DNA of 64,000 nucleotides from a virus: IMG/VR virus record IMGVR_UViG_3300029194_000001, positions 68,238 to 132,237 of that record; one strand, 5' to 3'. Shown piece by piece: positions 59,822 to 64,000 of this stretch (position 1 is its first letter; each line of letters starts with the position of its first letter). The notes under the pieces were generated by a model. It saw only the letters and a program-made list of their open reading frames with translations, ran no database searches and was not told where the DNA came from. The position numbers and the translations under genes were made by a program.

Positions 59822-60080
59822 TTAACTCCTTTAATTTTTCAATATATTTTAATATACGATCTCTGTTCATGTTCTTTATAGTAATTCCATCAGGTACCAT
59901 AGCAAAGTTTGCAATATTATTAAATGCGTTCGATATTGCATCAAAATATTTTAATACTATATCGATATCGATTTTATCAGGATCAAACTCAACAAAAATA
60001 AAATCACCTTTACCAGGATGTAATTTTCTAAGCCTAATTAATAATTTGTCCTCAACTTTTTTCTTCTGTCGTTTATTCAT
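59805..60080 (-). CDS. hypothetical protein
   Basis: 91-aa ORF. Confidence 0.35.
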   Translation of the reverse strand: MNKRQKKKVEDKLLIRLRKLHPGKGDFIFVEFDPDKIDIDIVLKYFDAISNAFNNIANFAMVPDGITIKNMNRDRILKYIEKLKELIENER

Positions 60081-60285
60081 CTATCTTATCTCCGTATTTA
60101 ACAAATATACTAAAACTCAAACCTGTCAGAAGTCCAAAATCCCATTGAAGCCCAGGGGCTTTTACAAATATAGGTAGGAATGTAAACAATATCATAAATA
60201 AAAATGATAACAATATAACTGCAGCATCTTTATTCTTCATCTTCGTAATCCCACTCTTCGAACTCACGAGTTCTTCTTTTTTCAA
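60073..60285 (-). CDS. small membrane protein
   Basis: 70-aa ORF with two TM segments. Confidence 0.35.
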   Translation of the reverse strand: MKKEELVSSKSGITKMKNKDAAVILLSFLFMILFTFLPIFVKAPGLQWDFGLLTGLSFSIFVKYGDKIDE

Positions 60286-60341
60286 TTACATAGGCTAACA
60301 CTGTACATACATAAGTGACAGTTGCAAGTATAAAATTTAAT

Positions 60342-60980
60342 TTAGTTCTGTTTTTCATTTACTTTTTCCTCTAATACTTTAATTGCTAATTTCAGTGCAT
60401 TAATATTCAATTGCTCTTTACCATCTAAGTAATTGGTTATATTGTTTATAGCTTTTTGCTCAGGTTTTTCTTTTAATTTATTCCCTGTTTTTACAATTTC
60501 ATAAACCTGATCAATATTATCTTTGGTCCATAAATCACTATCACACCATCTGTAATCACATCCATCCACTTTAATAGTTTTACATTCTTCACAGTTAGAA
60601 CAATGATATGCCATATCTAAAAATTTGTTAAGAAATTCATGGGCAGTCATTTCTCGATCCGTATCTAATAAATCTCTAGCAGTATCTGTAGCACTTGCGC
60701 CAATCCAATTAATGCAATTATATTTAAAAGTTAATACAATAGGTCCATCATGTTCAATTAATGGATTGTATGCAGTCGCTAAATTCCCATCGTACCATCT
60801 AAATCCTTGTTTTTCTGCCTCTTTTAAAATAGCAGCAGCCTCATCTTTTGTTGTACACAATACATTCTTCTCTTTTAAATCAATCATATTTTCCACCTCT
60901 TCACTTTTAATAGGACAATACAATAAATTATCTCCTGGACGAAGATATTGAAAATACTTATTAGTCAATATAATCATCAT
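60342..60980 (-). CDS. hypothetical Cys-rich protein
   Basis: 212-aa ORF with CSNCEEC...CDYRWC. Confidence 0.4.
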   Translation of the reverse strand: MMIILTNKYFQYLRPGDNLLYCPIKSEEVENMIDLKEKNVLCTTKDEAAAILKEAEKQGFRWYDGNLATAYNPLIEHDGPIVLTFKYNCINWIGASATDTARDLLDTDREMTAHEFLNKFLDMAYHCSNCEECKTIKVDGCDYRWCDSDLWTKDNIDQVYEIVKTGNKLKEKPEQKAINNITNYLDGKEQLNINALKLAIKVLEEKVNEKQN

Positions 60981-61182
60981 CCAATCTGTCAGGATTCATG
61001 TTGCATTTAGGACATCGGCAAACATGTTCGCCATCATCGTCAATATAATAATCATCTCCATAAATGCAACACTCTTCGCAATAATCTAAATCGTCTTGAT
61101 ATTCATCATATTCTTCAAAATCATAATCGTAGTCTTCATCTACATCATATTCGTCTGTATTATCTTCTTCTAATTCACTCAT
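60961..61182 (-). CDS. acidic zinc-ribbon protein
   Basis: A D/E/Y-rich N-terminus, then CEECC...CRCPKC. Confidence 0.35.
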   Translation of the reverse strand: MSELEEDNTDEYDVDEDYDYDFEEYDEYQDDLDYCEECCIYGDDYYIDDDGEHVCRCPKCNMNPDRLDDDYID

Positions 61183-61213
61183 ACTATTCCTCCGTAAAAC
61201 AGTGTTTTTACAG

Positions 61214-61771
61214 TTATAAAATTTCGTCTACAATTTCATATTCAATTGCCTTATCTGATGAAATAAAGAAATCAATTTTCTTTTCTTTAATGTTCCTAAG
61301 ATCATCTTTTGTTAATTTTGTTTTGCTTAAAACATAATCTTCAATCATCTTATTTTGTCTACTAACCTCTTCCATATCTTCAACAAGGTCCTGAAATTTT
61401 CCTTCAAAAGCATGACTTAGCTGATGGTACATAAATGTGGAATGTTTATAACAATATCTTTTATGTCCAGTAAGAAATATTTGAAACGCCGCACTCATAG
61501 CATAACCGGTACAATATGTATAAATTGGTGTTTTACTATTTTGGATAACATCAATTAAGCCCCACATATCATATACACTTCCGCCATAAGAATTTATATA
61601 AAGTTTAATAGGGTCTCTTTTATAATCCTTTTCCTTTTTATCTTTCTCATCATCATCTAGTATCTGATGTAAAAGATTCCAAGTTAGTTTTCCTATAGAA
61701 TCGTTGTCTATATCATCTCCTAAAAAGAAAATTTTTTTATTAGTATTTGAAAACGTACTATCCTTTGACAT
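61214..61771 (-). CDS. clpP: ClpP-family serine protease
   Basis: INSYGGSVYDMWGLIDV and TYCTGYAMSAAFQIF, the ClpP catalytic-Ser region. The start is set at MSKDS, which follows an AAGGAG SD. The track start is 13 codons upstream with no SD. Confidence 0.75.
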   Translation of the reverse strand: MSKDSTFSNTNKKIFFLGDDIDNDSIGKLTWNLLHQILDDDEKDKKEKDYKRDPIKLYINSYGGSVYDMWGLIDVIQNSKTPIYTYCTGYAMSAAFQIFLTGHKRYCYKHSTFMYHQLSHAFEGKFQDLVEDMEEVSRQNKMIEDYVLSKTKLTKDDLRNIKEKKIDFFISSDKAIEYEIVDEIL

Positions 61772-61965
61772 TAGTTTCTCCTTGAAATATATGGTAAATA
61801 TGTGGTACAATACCTGCTAAGGTGTTTGGGTATCCAATACATACCCAAGGGACTGGCAAAATCTAAAATCACCTATTGGAACCGCTAGATGTTAAGGCGG
61901 ATCAGCTCCTGCGTAAAATATTAGCTAGTAACTTGTTAATTTGCTATGTTTGAAAGGAGTCGCCT

Positions 61966-62049
61966 ATGTTAAAGGAATTATTTAACAGCTGGAGCTTAGT
62001 CTTCAGTTTTATAGGTATAGTATTTGGTATTATCGCCAAACTACTATAA
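61966..62049 (+). CDS. 27-aa hydrophobic micro-protein (MLKELFNSWSLVFSFIGIVFGIIAKLL)
   Basis: GAAAGGAG sits 7 nt upstream of the ATG, with a single TM helix. It is on the plus strand, between minus-strand genes. Confidence 0.4.
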   Translation: MLKELFNSWSLVFSFIGIVFGIIAKLL

Positions 62050-62108
62050 TATAGGTGATTTCGCCAGCTGCGGCATCATACCACACAATTTACTTCTTCA
62101 TTTATCTA

Positions 62109-62561
62109 TTATTTTGTTCTGATAAAAGTCTGATTTTGTAGGTCTACAATAAATTCAATATTTGCTTCTTTTTTAACCTCGCCATCATATACATAGCATT
62201 TATCTTTTACATAAATCAAATTATTATTATTTTCGTCTACTGTAAAAATAGGCTTATATAAATATAGTCCATCAATTTTATATTCTTTAAAATCTTTATA
62301 AATTAGTGTATAGCTTTTAGATTTATCGTATTCTTCATACGGTATAAACAATGTTTTATCGAAGATTGATTTGAATGCGATTTCTCCAAGTTTACTATTT
62401 TTCATAACTCGTTGAATATTATTTATATCATCACGACAGTGGTCGAACCATTTTGGACCATAAGGAGTAAACTTAGAAGTTTTTTCCTCGATAGTATTAA
62501 TTCTTTTTATTAATTCTTCATATTTCTTCTTACTAATCCACATTATTCTCTTTCTCCTCAT
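62109..62561 (-). CDS. hypothetical protein
   Basis: 150-aa ORF. Confidence 0.4.
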   Translation of the reverse strand: MRRKRIMWISKKKYEELIKRINTIEEKTSKFTPYGPKWFDHCRDDINNIQRVMKNSKLGEIAFKSIFDKTLFIPYEEYDKSKSYTLIYKDFKEYKIDGLYLYKPIFTVDENNNNLIYVKDKCYVYDGEVKKEANIEFIVDLQNQTFIRTK

Positions 62562-64000
62562 AAAACATTTTTCTTAAAGTAACAATATCTCTTGGCAGCT
62601 CATCAGCTTTACCATTTTCAAACTGTTTCTTGCACCAAGCGTAAAATTCATTCGCTACCGGCGTAGTCAACAATGATGTCCTGTTTGTACAACCTTTCTT
62701 TAAAGTCTCATGAGCAATACCACGCATAAACTTCCAGAAGTTATAATATGTAAGTTTCAGCTTAACCATATATCCATTAGCATCTTCGATTACAAATCCT
62801 TCGATCTTATCACCTCTGTATTCATAATCTTCTTCTAAAACTTCAAAATACCAATCATAAAATTCCTGCCATGTAGATAACTCATAAGCCTGTTTCTTGA
62901 TTGTTAGCCCAAGATCACGACCAACATGAGCCATATCCTCATAGTTATATTTCTGGAAATCCAAAGTATTGTATACAATATCAAGCAAAACCAACTTACT
63001 TTCTGGATAATCAATAATATGTGGATCATGCTCCATGTCGCAGCACTCAAATACAAAAGAAACATCGTTCTCTTCAATATACTTCTTCATCTTCTCAAGA
63101 TTCTCTTTAGAAATTTTCGTATAAACCATATCTCTTAGCCATTCGGAAAATGGTCCTTCAGGATCAGATTTACTTGTAATAAACAAATCATCTGTATACT
63201 CATTCCAGGAAACAATTCCAAGAAATCCATTTTCTTTAACATAGGCAGCTACTGGAAACTCTAATGTACGCTGCAGAGCATCAAGTTTAGTTTCTTCACG
63301 CTGATTTATATTGAAAAATTTGTCGTAGGACCTTGCCACAACTTTAAATTTTTCAGTATCTAAGAACAAACCTCTTGCCTTAGTTGTCTGCTCGTCCCAT
63401 ATATTTTTTTGAAAAGCTGTTGGACTAAAGTTGAAAGAAGAAATATTTCCAAATTGTTTTTCAGTGACATATTTATTATGTCTCAGTTCAATAAGTGCAT
63501 CAGATACATTATTACTCATAGTTCTTGCTGATTTTTCTGGCTCTCTGAATACATTGTTCTTAACCTCATAGGTTATACTTCCACCAGGAACGATATCAAT
63601 ACATCTCAGACAGCCACCAAACTCAACCTGTCCTTCAAGATCGTATACTCTTGGATTAACATTAATGTCAAATCCTTTAGTATTTCTATGACCAAAAATC
63701 TGATAAGTATGATCATCGGTAGTGGTGAAAAATGTATCAGCAACTTGCTCTACATCATTATATCTACCAACTCCATGAATCATTTGATCGGTTGCAACAA
63801 AAGTAAGATTTTGTGGGATTGTATTCAGACCACCGTGAGTAACAAGATATGTATTTCCATGATATGTATAATAGGCACACTGAGCAAATTTTCTACACAG
63901 CTGCCGCAGATCTTTCTTACTAAAACCGGCTTTATCTAATGCAGGTTTTGTAAATAATTCAAATTCTTTTGAGAATGACTTCTTATCTTCACTATATTTT
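62533..64000 (-). CDS. Pnkp-like RNA repair protein (metallophosphatase domain plus C-terminal ligase-like nucleotidyltransferase domain); the N-terminus lies beyond the right edge of the window
   Basis: The reading frame is open from 63783 to position 64000 with no stop (checked codon by codon). The phosphatase (PPP/MPP) motifs LVTHGG and IFGHRN are present. The downstream domain carries KENGFLG, which resembles the KxNG adenylyltransferase motif I of Pnkp-type ligases. Confidence 0.5.
   Translation of the reverse strand, partial: KYSEDKKSFSKEFELFTKPALDKAGFSKKDLRQLCRKFAQCAYYTYHGNTYLVTHGGLNTIPQNLTFVATDQMIHGVGRYNDVEQVADTFFTTTDDHTYQIFGHRNTKGFDINVNPRVYDLEGQVEFGGCLRCIDIVPGGSITYEVKNNVFREPEKSARTMSNNVSDALIELRHNKYVTEKQFGNISSFNFSPTAFQKNIWDEQTTKARGLFLDTEKFKVVARSYDKFFNINQREETKLDALQRTLEFPVAAYVKENGFLGIVSWNEYTDDLFITSKSDPEGPFSEWLRDMVYTKISKENLEKMKKYIEENDVSFVFECCDMEHDPHIIDYPESKLVLLDIVYNTLDFQKYNYEDMAHVGRDLGLTIKKQAYELSTWQEFYDWYFEVLEEDYEYRGDKIEGFVIEDANGYMVKLKLTYYNFWKFMRGIAHETLKKGCTNRTSLLTTPVANEFYAWCKKQFENGKADELPRDIVTLRKMFYEEKENNVD

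Noticed and set aside
1-64000. Bacterial chromosome or plasmid origin rather than phage, because of the TerD, PspA and P-type ATPase genes
   Set aside because: Several things argue for a virulent phage: one-strand gene organisation, intron plus homing endonucleases, a self-contained replisome (PolIII alpha, primase, helicases, ligase), a tRNA island, orphan methylases, dozens of tiny ORFs, and the absence of any ribosomal or core metabolic gene. The host-like stress genes are the accessory cargo.

Overview
The window reads as an AT-rich (about 30% GC) lytic-phage early and accessory region. Nearly all genes are on the minus strand. No rRNA, CRISPR array, integrase or structural/lysis genes are visible. 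AAGGAG-type Shine-Dalgarno sites point to a low-GC Gram-positive host. I infer the host from these sites only. From left to right the window holds: (1) A DNA replication and nucleotide metabolism module: dUTPase fragment, a class II-like ribonucleotide reductase interrupted by a group I intron carrying a GIY-YIG homing endonuclease, nucleoside deoxyribosyltransferase-like protein, ATP-dependent ligase, RecD-like helicase, PolIII alpha, RecJ-like exonuclease, DnaG-like primase, DnaB-like helicase, RecA-superfamily ATPase, an HNH-like endonuclease and an SSB-like protein. (2) A tRNA island of about 2.8 kb with at least three clear tRNAs (Leu-UAG, Met-CAU, Gln-UUG), one atypical tRNA, degenerate tRNA-like remnants and an array of AACTTT repeats. 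(3) An accessory block with an AAA+ ATPase, a bacterial-type PARG/macrodomain (TIGR02452-like), metallophosphoesterases, an SPFH/band-7 protein and a CCA-adding enzyme. (4) A striking Ter-like cluster: a PspA-like protein, three tandem TerD-domain proteins, a Ca2+-type P-type ATPase, a Pol-beta-superfamily nucleotidyltransferase and a 682-aa unknown protein. (5) A long run of small hypothetical genes, many of them membrane or zinc-ribbon proteins. (6) Two adjacent DNA methyltransferases (C5 and N6/N4), a ClpP-like protease and a Pnkp-like phosphatase/ligase protein running off the right edge. Three tiny plus-strand hydrophobic-peptide ORFs with strong SD sites and structured leaders sit antisense to the gene flow. 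All calls come from motif recognition by eye. No database search was run.
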